Shown piece after piece: positions 1 to 12,190 of a stretch of 64,000 bases of DNA. Under the pieces are notes generated by a model. It did no database searches and was not told the origin of the DNA. It was given only the letters and a program-made list of their open reading frames with translations. The translations under genes were made by a program, and so were the position numbers. Position 1 is the first letter of the stretch; every line of letters begins with the position of its first letter. Source of the DNA: Lytechinus pictus (Eukaryota). The stretch lies in contig NC_087251.1 in the NCBI RefSeq assembly GCF_037042905.1, positions 19,532,001-19,596,000 of the forward strand, in the 5' to 3' direction.

Positions 1-544
1 ATTCTAAATTATTAACCTTGCGGCCTTTAACACAAAATCATGAACGGATGCTTGAAAAATAATTAAGCCGAGGTGCGAGGAGAGTTACATCATAAGAAGG
101 AAACAGAATTGATGTAGCTTGAAACATATTTAGAAAAAAATGTAAATAATGAAATAAATAGATAAGAAATCGATAAATAAAGAACAAAGAAAAAATATCA
201 AAATATATGCATACAATGCATCAATGCTATGAAATAATACATTCTATATCAACTGAAAAATGACTATATGAATTAATATTTTGAGTGAATAAACGGATAA
301 ACAAATAAATCAGATAATTATAAAGCATTTATACATGAACCGCTAATAGAAAAAAGTAGATATTTAACAAAAAATATAACTTCGGCATTAATGGTCAAGG
401 TAAACATACTTGAAGATGTTATACAGTGGGTGTATATGACGGATTAGGAAGAGAAGCTCAATCCGATTTCATCAAAATTAATTGGTATTGATGCATAATG
501 CAAAAGTATATCGGTATTTTGTTTTGTACATCAGTAATGCACAA

Positions 545-743
545 TTATCACGACCAAGAAAAAAAAGAGAAAAGAGAACAAAAATTAGAAACTATTATTT
601 ACTGAATATTATGTCTAAATCTATTACAGACTTGGATTTTTTCAATAAAAATGTTGACATTTTTGCTCGCTCGCAACTTTTTATAAATTTTACGCAATAC
701 GACATACGAGCCCCCTCAGATTTTTTGGCTCATTACGCTAATG
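545..743. mobile_element. Partial copy of an interspersed non-autonomous DNA-transposon-like repeat (family A)
   Basis: Shares a purine-rich segment and the core 'tttttgctcgctcgc..caactttttataaattt' with 9838-10065. Its end 'gctcattacgctaatg' resembles 'gctcattgcgttactg' ending at 43213. Confidence 0.55.
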
Positions 744-841
744 ATAAAACGGTTTGAGACCTTACACGCAGGTTTTCCTCTTTCATGCTCCAATACCACT
801 ATCATTCAAATTCACAATACTCCTACTACTGCTACTACTAT

Positions 842-922
<81 letters not shown>

Positions 923-948
923 TACTGCTACTACTGCTACTACTGCTG

Positions 949-1003
<55 letters not shown>

Positions 1004-1174
1004 TACTGCTACTACTGCTACTACTGCTACTACTACTACTACTATTACTACTACTACTACTACTACTACTACTAATACTACCACTTCTACTACTGCTACT
1101 ACTGCTACTACTGCTACTACTACTACTACCACTACTGCTACTACTACTACTACTTCTACTACTATTATTACCAT

Positions 1175-1234
<60 letters not shown>

Positions 1235-1274
1235 TACTGCTACTACTACTACTACTACTGCTACTTCTACTACA

Positions 1275-1661
1275 GGGCGATTCCATACGTGTCGTACGGG
1301 ACATTTTGTCAACGATTTCTAGTCTCTTAGCTGATTGCTTGAGCAATGAAAAAATATTTTTGGTCAATAATAAAGTTATAGTGGGTAGTCATGTGAAAAA
1401 CTGATTACCAACAAAAAATATTTGATTATGGCTGAATTAAGGGCGAAACTGTTGTGTGTCGTACGGGACTCAGAAATGTCCCGTACGACACGCAACATTT
1501 TCAACCGTGGACAGCATATTTTTGTTAGTTGTCATTTTTTCATATGTCTACCCAGTAGTACTCTATTATTACCATAAAACAAATTGAAGTTCTTCGTTTG
1601 TTTGGACAATAGGTTGAAAAATGTTGCAAAAATAGCTGATTTTTCTAGCATGGAATTGCCC
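1275..1661. mobile_element. Fold-back MITE (387 bp) with GGGC termini, possibly PIF/Harbinger-related
   Basis: TIRs gggcgattccatac / gcatggaattgccc, with TACA on both flanks (1271-1274, 1662-1665). Internal hairpin gtgtcgtacgggac-N8-gtcccgtacgacac, plus diverged inverted arms (gtgggtagtcatgtgaaaaa vs ttttttcatatgtctacccag). Confidence 0.8.
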
Positions 1662-1761
1662 TACATGTACTAATAGTACTACTACTAGTACTACTAGTAC
1701 TACTAGTACTATACTACTACTACTACTTCTACTACTACTACTATTACTACTACTACTACTT

Positions 1762-1818
<57 letters not shown>

Positions 1819-1819
1819 T

Positions 1820-1876
<57 letters not shown>

Positions 1877-1971
1877 TAATACTGGTACTATACTACTACT
1901 GCTGCTGCTACTATTACAACTACTACTACTATACTACTACTATACTTCTTCTACTACTTCTACTTCTACTA

Positions 1972-2041
<70 letters not shown>

Positions 2042-2080
2042 TCTGCTACTACTACCACTACTTCTACTTCTACTCCTACT

Positions 2081-2130
<50 letters not shown>

Positions 2131-2182
2131 AACTGCTGCTACCACTGCTACTACTACTACTACTACTACTATATTTCTTCTT

Positions 2183-2229
<47 letters not shown>

Positions 2230-2261
2230 GCTACTACTACTACTACTACTACTACTACTAT

Positions 2262-2298
<37 letters not shown>

Positions 2299-2390
2299 GC
2301 TACTGCTGCTACTACTACTACTACTACTACTACTACTGCTTCTACTACTACTACCACTACTGCTACTACTACTTCTACTACTACTACTAT

Positions 2391-2452
<62 letters not shown>

Positions 2453-2476
2453 TACTACTACTACTACTCCTACTAC

Positions 2477-2590
2477 CAGTGGTGGACCGTGACCCGGAGG
2501 AGACAAAGCATTGGAGGGGCACTGTATTGTTTGTGAACAATGCCGTGCCCCTCCAATGCTTTGTCTCCTCCGGGTCACGGTCCGCCACTG
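2477..2590. mobile_element. 114-bp near-perfect palindromic MITE, hAT-like (copy 1)
   Basis: cagtggtggaccgtgacccggagg...cctccgggtcacggtccgccactg with ~55-bp arms and a 4-nt loop. The 8-bp flanks cctactac / cctactat fit an 8-bp TSD. Confidence 0.85.
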
Positions 2591-2627
2591 CCTACTATTA
2601 TTATTATTATTACTACTACTACTACAA

Positions 2628-2804
2628 CACTCTAAAACACAGTAAAATTTTACCCAATATTGGGTAGAAAGGGAACATGCATGTTTGCTGGGTAATCGTT
2701 ACCCCATATTGGGCCATTTCAATGCAACATTACGTAAAGATTTTACCCAACCAACATGCATGTTCCCATTTTACCCAATATTGGGTAAACAATTTTTTAG
2801 AGTG
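2628..2804. mobile_element. MITE with CACTCTAAAA...TTTTAGAGTG termini (CAC-terminated, EnSpm/CACTA-like non-autonomous)
   Basis: TIRs plus internal palindromes ttacccaatattgggta (twice) and the inverted pair gggaacatgcatgtt / aacatgcatgttccc. TA on the right flank, AA on the left. Confidence 0.8.
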
Positions 2805-2876
<72 letters not shown>

Positions 2877-2888
2877 TACTACTACTAT

Positions 2889-2923
<35 letters not shown>

Positions 2924-2947
2924 TACTACTACTACTACTACTACTAC

Positions 2948-3061
2948 CAGTGGTGGACCGTGACCCGGAGGAGACAAAGCATTGGAGGGGCACTGTATTG
3001 TTTGTGAACAATGCTGTGCCCCTCCAATGCTTTGTCTCCTCCGGGTCACGGTCCGCCACTG
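2948..3061. mobile_element. 114-bp near-perfect palindromic MITE, hAT-like (copy 2)
   Basis: Identical to 2477-2590 except one base (atgctg vs atgccg). Flanks actactac / cctactac. Confidence 0.85.
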
Positions 3062-3062
3062 C

Positions 3063-3093
<31 letters not shown>

Positions 3094-5785
3094 TACTACT
3101 ACTACTATTACTACTTCTACTACTACTTCTACTACTACTACTTCTGCTGCCACTGCTACTTCTACTACTACTGCTGCTACTACTACCACTAATACTATTA
3201 CCATTAGTACTCATACTACTATTTGTACCACTACTTCTATTACTACTTCTACTACTATTACTACTACCATATTATCTCTTCTACTTTTGCTCTGTTACTG
3301 TGTCATCTATCAATTACTTCATCATCCGTCATAGCAAATCTCTCTATCTCTCCCCCTTTCTCCACTCCTTAATCAAGTCTATTTCTCCATGAAAGCCTGT
3401 CATCTATAGAAGCTGACTACATCACAGATAGTAAAGATCAATCAACATGTGCCACACATCAAATCAGAGCTGTACCAATCCTACACTCATCTCACTCAGA
3501 GAGAGAAACAGAATTAAGAAATTATCAACATGGTGAGAACAAGACGGAAATTGATTCGTCATTAGAGCGAGAAGAGACAGAAAGCGAGTTGGTGAGATGG
3601 AAAGCGGAGAACATTGATAATTCAGATTATAGTCTGTTATTGCGATATTGTTGATGTTTGCGGAGCCACGTTAGACAAGCCTTAATCGATACCAAGGCCC
3701 TGGGCGATAATTATGCATCGGCGCGCGTAGCGAAATCTCTACGATGCGCACCGGGGCAGACGAACGATCGACCTGATATCATCACGCTATCTGCGTATCC
3801 GTGGCATTGTGACGAATAAATCGTTGAAGGGTGGGGGTATTTTATGCGCTCCAATGAATTATTATGTTACAGATATCTCCGACGCTAGGCTCAGCTGAAC
3901 TCTCTGAAATAACAAATCTCATCATCTCGTGTTTGCTGGTCATCTTTATTATCTCCATTCCAAGGACGGAACAATATGTACAAAATGGGACCATTACGAA
4001 CAAAAGAGTAACGGCTTACGCAAGGATTATTGCAAGCTTTTATCTATAATTATTAATCGATTTATCAGATAGAGTTATTATGATTTAAACCGGCTGTTTC
4101 AGAACAGAAATTTCCCTTTTATTCGTCGATTGAGATGCCGTACTGTGTGAGTTTGTCCATTCCTTTTCATGATCGGGGGCTTGGTTAAGTGAAGATTTGA
4201 AATGTTTGTATTTCCTTAAGAAAACAAAATGAGACCGACATAGAGGGAAGGGATTGGAAGAAGGAAATGATAGATAAATAGAGAGAGAAAGAGATAGAGG
4301 GGTGAGGTGGGAGTGCTACTAAAAAAATGAGGGGGGACAAAAATCGAGAAAGTGGAAAGGGTTATCATGTGTTTATACAGAGCGCGAAGCGTTCGATATC
4401 TCAGCACGCGCAAGCCCCATCATCAAGGCAGATTATTAGACGATTTTGCACCGCCATCCAAGGACGCCCTCATCCTAATCCAAAACCACATTGACAGTAG
4501 AACGAGAAATGCGGTTTAGGTCTACGCCACATCAACATCATTTGCCAACCAAAGTCGGTAAGGAAAACGCCATTAATCTCACCCTACGACAAGGTTCTGG
4601 GTCGAGGGGAAGAAGAGTTTATTTTAAGGTAGACATTACTCTTGAACGATAATGGAAGGAGGGAAGTCGGAAGCACCTGCCTAGAACCCATGGGTGTTTG
4701 AAGCAGATAAACGCGGTTGCTAGAGGTCTACAGCTAACATTAATATATCGGATTATTTATTGAAGTTGTATCAGGATTAGTAACTGGTGTGATTATGTGT
4801 ATTGGGTTTCATGATTTCCAAGCAAGCAATCGGCGGGACAAAGGGTGTAATGATCACGTGATATGGGCAGCATTAGCCACATTCAAACGATTTAAGTGTA
4901 TGAACTAAACAAGCAAATTGGAAGGAAATAATAGTAAAAAATATTGTAGGTGACTTTAAGCCATACTCACAAATTCTTGCATGTCTGACGATACGAATAT
5001 ATGGTAGATACGAAATGATTCAAAATGATACGAAATTGGCGAGTTATGTAATACATGTAATTGTAATATATGTAAATTCCAGAGCAAGGTAGATTAGCCG
5101 TAGTCTTTGGTAAAGGCAGAATTGATAGTGTTTACTGGTAGAATAACGCTTACGGGTGAATACTTTAACATCTACGTTAGATGTGTTTACACGTGTGTGA
5201 CGATGTATCCGGGCAACATGTCATCGATCTTAACCAATATTCACATTCAAGTGACAATCACTGACTTGATTGGGGGAGGGGGGGGGGGAGGTTAGGGTCT
5301 TAAACACCCACCTCATAATTTTTCTTCATTGTCATCTTTTTCATCGAATAGTGTATCCTTGGATATCTGGCCAGTTCCACATTGTCAAATACGAAATCTA
5401 TAACATAATAAAATATGAGAAATTATATACTTCTTGTTTCTTGATTCGCTTATTCACAAATCTTAAAACAGAATGTACAGTTTAAAACCTAGTCCCTTTT
5501 CAATTTTTGCCTTATTACATTGACTAGAAACGTTATTACCATGTTACTTGTTGATGCCAATCTATCTCTGATCAATCAAAATAAGATAATCGAACTGGTA
5601 ATGACCATTAAAATCAAAATCAAGTCAAGCGATGGTATACAGAATGATGGTGTCAGTCACCAATAACATAATGCGCGGACCCACATGGGGTTGTGGGTGT
5701 GTAACACCCCCATTGACTTTTATTGAAAGGCAAATTTACAGATGTGAGGGGGGGGGGGGATGAAGAAGGTCGAAGAAAGAATTAA

Positions 5786-6386
5786 AGGGATGATCCGGCC
5801 TGATATTATTTATATCTAAATAAATGGGAGTTAAATTCACAGAGCAAAATGCTGAATATTCCATCAAAATCGGATTACAAATAAAGAAATTATTGAATTT
5901 TAAAGTTTATCAATATTTTGTGAAAACAGTTATATGCACATCGTCATGAATATATATTAAGTAGGCTGATGATGTCACATCCCCACTTTCCCCTTTCTTA
6001 CGTTATTACATGAAATCATAAATGTTTCATTTTTTCATACATGTGTAAATGAAGTATCTCCATTATGATAAAATGAGTTGCGGCAGTATATAACCAATGG
6101 AGATAAACAGCTGTCAATCCAATTGTTTTAGTTCATAATTTTTTTTTAATAAACCTAATTTCATATAATAAAATACAGAAGAACAAGTGGGGATGTGACA
6201 TCATCAGCCCACCTAATGAATATTTACAAAGACATGCCTAGAACTGTTTCACCGGAATAATGCAAATCTTTAGAATTCAATAACTTCGTTATTTGTTATT
6301 CGATTTTGATCAACTTTTCAGCATTTTGCTTTGTTAATTTTACTCTATTTATTGAGATATAAATATCTCCAGCCTTGATCATCCCT
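5786..6386. mobile_element. Kolobok/T2-like non-autonomous DNA transposon (601 bp)
   Basis: TTAA on both sides (5782-5785, 6387-6390) and termini agggatgatc / gatcatccct, with long internal inverted similarity. Closely similar to 24646-25250. Confidence 0.88.
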
Positions 6387-7449
6387 TTAAGGAGAAAAGG
6401 ATAGAAGACTCTTCCATTTATATTCACGATATTCCATCCTATTTTCATATTATTTCTCTCCTTACTTTCATCCATCTTCTTTCCTGTCTCCTCCTTCCTT
6501 AGTATCTTCACTTTTTCTTTCTCCTTTCTCTATCTCAGTTGTTCTTTTCTCCTTTTAATCAAGCGGAAGTGAAAACTTTACCAACGAGAGTTAAGACTGA
6601 AACCATCAGCTTGCATTGCCCTGTTATATTGATATATTTTTGTATAATGAATTTTAACGTGTAGTTTGATCTTTCAAACTTCTGTATCGTGTTTGTAGTC
6701 TTAATATAAAAGTAAAATTTACCCCACAGATTATTTTTTCAGGAGATGACGACTTATATAAAATCATGAGAATTGACAATTTATATGTTTACCAATATAA
6801 CTACGTCTGCAGTATACTGGAAATCACTTATACAATAGAGCTAGAACGAATGTTATTTAAGAGTGCAAGCTCACTTAACCTCACAGAAAGATTTCCAAAT
6901 ATTGAGATTGTGCAGGTAATTGTATTTTGTCAGCAGCTGCTCGCTTGGTCCCTCTTGTAGGAAAAGAATGGCTTCAAACGGTAATCACTGTTACCAAATA
7001 ATGTGATACAATGTTAGAATGTGAAATAGCATTATTTTATAATATTAATATATCACAGGAACCATAATGTATATAGACAATGTTAAAGTTTTACCGTGAG
7101 AAGAGTGGTTGTGTCCTTCCTCGATTCGCTCACTCATTTAGATTCAGGATGAATATGGAAGAAAACAATTCTGGCAAGCTAAGTTACCTGAATACTTCTA
7201 ACCATCAAAGAAATAGCTTATTTTTCCTCGCTTGTTTATAGATTGAGGCAAGATGCATACAGAAATGATTTATGAAATATATTTAGGTTCAGCCCATTTT
7301 TGTTGACGAAAAATGTATGATTATATTTTATTTTTCTTGCTCGCTTGTCTTTGATTTCTCCTTTTTTTCTTGCTTTCATAATTTGACAAACTCAAGGGGA
7401 TGAACACACCTGCTTTCTGTAGTGCCCCTGAATACGTGTACAGTTGTAG

Positions 7450-8880
7450 TTTTATTTCCCAAATAGCTTGAATCAAAATATGTTTACTGATTTATTCACA
7501 ACCACAGGCATATAATGTAATTCTTCTTTTACCATCATAGCTTTAATGAAATAAATTGATTAGTACATTTCTGGTTTGATAGAGTGAACAATTTTACGTA
7601 ACATTCTGTATGGTTTTCTGGATGATTTCTTTTTCTGAAACAATGGGTAAAGATTGATGCTTTCCTCTCATTCAATTAAGTATTTTCTTCAAACAATTTT
7701 ATTTAAGTACTTAAGAAATACAGAGATCGATGAGAGTGGCTGATAGTTTATGTTCCCCGGTGATAGCGAGGCTGATCAAAATACCAGATATTTTCATGCC
7801 AACCAAAAGAAAATAAAGATAGCCTCCTGAAATATTGGTAATCGAATCCAAATATAATCCAAGCATCTCCTGGCGATACTTGTTCGTGAAAATGGTTTCA
7901 AAGTTATCGAGGGGGATTCTCAACGGGATAACCCTTACGGACAAGGGGGCCTAGTGGAAGGGGGTTAGAAGCATATATGCAAGTAAGACAGCAACAACCC
8001 ACTTGACTTGACTAGGTAAGTGAAAGTCGTCTCTTGCGCTACCGTATGAAAAACACCCCTGGGGTTTGCCCGAACGCTTTGCCGGATAAATGCAGATCTG
8101 TACGGTTCTCGTCATGGTTTTACCAGGGAATTTCACCTCCTTGATGCTTCCTCTAATCCGAGTGGAGTGCCCACTTGGACCAGTCACGAGAACGGGAGAC
8201 GTGTTCAGCTTATGTGACTGCCAAGGAAGGTTTTCCACAAGAGTCTCTTAGCTCGGTTCGGCTATTCCCTCGACCTACAAGATGGGGGTACAGCAAGCTA
8301 CGAGGCTAGCAGAAAGGGGGAAGCACTGAGGATCACCTTACTCTACCGTTTTCCGCGGCTTCCGGAGCAAGAAACCGAGATGAATTTTGTGCAAAGCCGA
8401 AGGAAAGAGGATGATAGTGAGAGTGGGGGATAAGATGAGGGATGCGAGTCTGTGAAGGACACACCCTAGGGAAACAGCGGCGCGTTCAAGAGTGTTTTTA
8501 CCAGCATGGCGCATCAACTTATCCTAGTCATGATATACCATAATATACTGGATGAGCCGTGTAGGAGTGAGGAGAAGCGTGAGAAAGATGCACGAGTTGA
8601 ATCTATAATCAACCCATCAAACTATCTCCTCCTCTTCTTCTTTTATCTGGAGCACTGTTTTCACGGCGTGTGATCTGTAAATAACAGTCGAACCCTCTCC
8701 AACGCCCGAAGTATGGAATCAGAAGCGCTATCCGGGGTTATGCCTAATGCAATATTCCTATTCATTTCTCCCAAAAGGGTAGAAATCACTTTCCGACTGA
8801 TATCAAATGCTGCTTGTCCATTCACATCGATCTGACATCTAGAGGATGAGATAGTAGTGAAGATGCCACCATGATACAAG
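7450..8880 (-). mobile_element. Highly degenerate retroelement fragment, possibly Tx1/L1 ORF1
   Basis: Broken minus-strand reading frames. 'IYPAKRSGKPQGCFSYGS...HLPSQ' resembles a decayed gag-type zinc knuckle preceded by the G-x-P motif of Tx1 ORF1. Weak. Confidence 0.3.
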
Positions 8881-9810
8881 ACCCTATGAAATCAAATCAA
8901 TGATGCAAGCAATCTCCAATAGATCCTCTCAATTTGCATTATCTATGGACCGTCAAATGTGTCTGATTTGAAATGGAAACCCAAAATGGCTTCAAAAGAT
9001 GTCTAAAGAGGGGTTTGGGGAGAAACTTAATTTTGATAAAAGATCTTTGTTCTGTCAAAAATGGTCAAGAAATTTTAAAAATTGATCTGAGGCAGAAGAT
9101 TGGGGATGAACTGGAGGAACTTATCTCATAGTTGATTTCTCTATTATAATAATAAAGAGCTTTCATAATATATCTAAAGGATTTTAAACATCAAATTACA
9201 AACAAAGTTATTCCTTTTGAGATGACAATTGATTTTGAAAGTCTTTCTGATTGTGATAAATCATAGGATTTCTAAAATATTGTAAACAAAGAAGTCTTAT
9301 GAAAGAAAGGTTTTGGTGGGGGTCATTACACCAAGTTACTTCAACCTTCTAAATAAAATAATCCTGATTGGTTTGGATATACGTTGCCCCCATCCTTCCC
9401 CAAGCAATATTCAAATATTACACTATTGTTTTGTTGAAGGTGCCATGATTACAAATCAAATTCTCTAAACAATTAGTCTTGTTTTGAAATATTTTCTAGT
9501 TCTGTTGTGACAAAATGAAAAAAAAAAAAAAAAATTTCATTGTTCAAATTATCAACCTGAGCATTAAAACTTATCGAAATGAATACCAACTAGGTAAAAA
9601 TTTGGTCAGACACGCTGAATATGGTATTGAAGATGTTAATTATTGTAACATAAACCCCGTCCTATACCCGGATGGATATTACTTATCCTACTAATTTGTG
9701 AGCAATCACCCCATTTCCAAAATAATTTTGCACATGATAAATATTGCGCATTTGTCGGTTAGAAATCATGAAATAATTAATTATTATTTAAATGTCTTAA
9801 ACTTATTAAT
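8880..9810 (+). mobile_element. Degenerate Tx1/L1-clade LINE, ORF2 C-terminal remnant
   Basis: Frameshifted translation 'PDW..YVAPSFPKQYSNITL..GAMITNQIL' followed by '..FHCS' resembles the Tx1 'W..LY..P..K..DL.WR.LHGA..TN..L' motif that precedes the C-terminal Cys/His motif. Confidence 0.5.
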
Positions 9811-9837
9811 ACCGGTCCCAATACAGATACGTACAGA

Positions 9838-10065
9838 TGGGGGAGGGAGGGGGGTTGGGGCGTTTGCCCCCCCCTCTATTTTTTTACGAACAAGAAAATA
9901 ATGAGAAAAGGAAAGAAAGAAGGGTAAAATATGATATTATTATCAGAATATCATATCAAAATATAACACATATTTGGATTTTTGTAATAGGAAAGGTAAA
10001 AATTTTTGCTCGCTCGCCGGCAACTTTTTATAAATTTTGCACGATATGCCATACCTAGCTCCTTG
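9838..10065. mobile_element. Family A repeat copy
   Basis: G-rich/C-rich start, purine-rich tract and 'aatttttgctcgctcgccggcaactttttataaattttgcacgatatgccatac', homologous to 545-743. Confidence 0.55.
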
Positions 10066-10849
10066 CCCCATTGACCGGTCCCAGGGGGGAGAGGTCGAGA
10101 GTGGGGTAGGGGCCCTACCCCACAGGGCGACCACCTCTTTCTCAAGTGGGGGAAAAGATAGAGAAAGGAAAACAAAGAGGGAGGAAGAAGAAGGAGTAAA
10201 GAATAAAGAAAACAAAATCAAAGATAGGTGTATAATTATGGAGGTTGTGTTACGCAAGAATACCTCTATTCTATTGTCCTTTCTGGTCTTATTAAATCTG
10301 ATCCATTGTTCGTATACTAGTACATTAGAAATCTTTCTTTTTACATGGAATCTTCAGAATAAAATTTCATGAGATTTAAGCGAGTGTAATCGGAAAACAT
10401 GTGTTCCTGGAAACCATTCTCAATTGAAGTACACAAGTTTTATCAACGTCTATTGTTGGTGCCCTCTGCATTCACTTCCCTTTCATTTTACTTAGCGGAT
10501 GCTCGGGACATTTCCAAAATAATTGCAGGTTTTTCAAGCATGTGTGTGGAATATTCAGGTAGTTGTATGGGGATAATCAGGCATACTGCTCAACTGGCTG
10601 CTGCCGATTCTTCTGTAGCTCGGAGTGCCGTGTATTTTCATGATTTTGAACCGTCTTATTGATACCTGAACAGGCAGTTATCTGCATTGTCAACGGGGTG
10701 TCAAGTAATCGAAATTGACAATAAGATGTTCGCTTAACTCCATCATCCTGAACGTGTTTGGGATGCAATAGGAGGAAGGAAAGAGTGAGTAGCACCATGC
10801 GTTAATCTAATCTCCTTCTGACACTCCAATACAAAGCCTTTCATCGATC

Positions 10850-11470
10850 TTCGCCCCAAAATGGCGGCTGGTAGCGCCGAGTAAAACTTCCGGCCAATTT
10901 CATCCTGACAAAACGCAGCTATCGACTCTCCCATGGCGCGGGGAAATTAACAATGGTCCTAGCATGTGCTTTTCTTTCCTGCCTCTACCGCGTAAGTCTA
11001 CCCCAAAAGGCGTGCATCACCGGTGAAAACGAATGTAACACGGGATGTGTTTGTCAGTTGTCGAACTCGGACGCCCGTGACACATTTGCTAAATTGACCA
11101 AGTTTAGAGAGCGGCGACGACGACGACTCGTATATTTCTGCCCCATTGCATTATTCGAAATACATAGAGCTAGCAGCCTTCTAGTATACATTTATGTCCT
11201 TTACCATTCAATCCAACATTATTACTTTTATCACACTGAGCATGCGCGCCATGAGGTCTGTTTGAGATGATGGATTGCAATAAGTATGACGCACGGTCAC
11301 GTGGTGTCATTCGACCAATAACCGCCTTTTTGTCTAGCACCCATTTTGAACTGCAATGCAATTATGGGAATGTATTATGACCAATGCTGCATTGCGAACA
11401 GTCTTTACAAATGCTTTTGAGAGAGCCAATCAAAATGTAGAGTATAGTCAGGGATCGCGATTGGCTACTT
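10850..11470. promoter_or_regulatory. CpG-rich promoter-like motif cluster with no associated gene visible
   Basis: YY1 CAAAATGGCGGC 10857, ETS ACTTCCGG 10886, E2F-like GGCGCGGGGAAA 10935, NRF1-like GAGCATGCGCG 11238, USF GGTCACGTGG 11295, and CCAAT boxes at 11315, 11381, 11426 and 11460 (reverse). Confidence 0.45.
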
Positions 11471-11489
11471 ATTTCAATGCTAGCGATTG

Positions 11490-12190
11490 ATGGTATTTAA
11501 AAATGGCAAGCTATTTTGAAAGAAAAATAAGAGGCTCGAAACCTGACAAATCCTTCAACAATTATATGTGGCATAACCAGATCATCTCCATGGTTAACCG
11601 TATAGGCCCTTACTTGTGGAAGCAACTCAGTTCATCTAAAGAAGATATTAAACTACATGAGATAATAAATAACTTAGAAAAGATGTTCCACCACAAGAGA
11701 TGTATCCCAATTTTTCCTTTAACCGCATTAACGAAATATATTTTCGAATGATTTTCTTGTCAAATAACAAGATACTCCCTAATCTAGTATGTTTGGTTTT
11801 GAGAAATTATTATACTAAAATGAGAAATGGGGAAAATATTTGTTGAAGATCTAGGAATGTGCATTCAACAAGATAATATGAAAAACTAAATGTATTCGCT
11901 AAGACCCGTTGAAACGGAGCTATATGATTTTGAGAAAGTATTATTAGATCTGTGAAGAATTTGCAAATAATTCAGTGTAACAATAAATGAAAAATCCTAA
12001 CAAATCAATTGAGAAATAGAAAACCGAATTCCACAGAATAGAAATGACTACATACTTCTGTCTCAAGTTAACCAAAATTAATATTAGCAAAACCACCAGA
12101 TGCGTTTAGCTGGTCATATATTTGCGCGACTTTTTGTTTATTCCTAATAGATTCATTGAGGGAGTGGTCTAGGAAACAACCAATCTATCA
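11490..12190 (+). mobile_element. Possible degenerate L1-like ORF2 3' remnant
   Basis: A-rich, coding-like broken frames. 'NDYILL...ILAK' resembles the L1 C-terminal N....AK motif. Weak. Confidence 0.25.

Larger units (their letters stand above)
818..3270. repeat. Long interrupted (TAC)n/(CTA)n microsatellite region
   Basis: Hundreds of TAC units with TGC/TTC/TAT variants, interrupted by four MITE insertions. It generates the spurious poly-T/L/Y/S/V ORFs. Confidence 0.98.

Noticed and set aside
741..3392. Long poly-Thr/Leu/Tyr/Ser/Val ORFs (mucin-like appearance)
   Set aside because: They are translations of a stop-poor (TAC)n microsatellite and palindromic MITEs. The same peptide on both strands reflects the hairpin.
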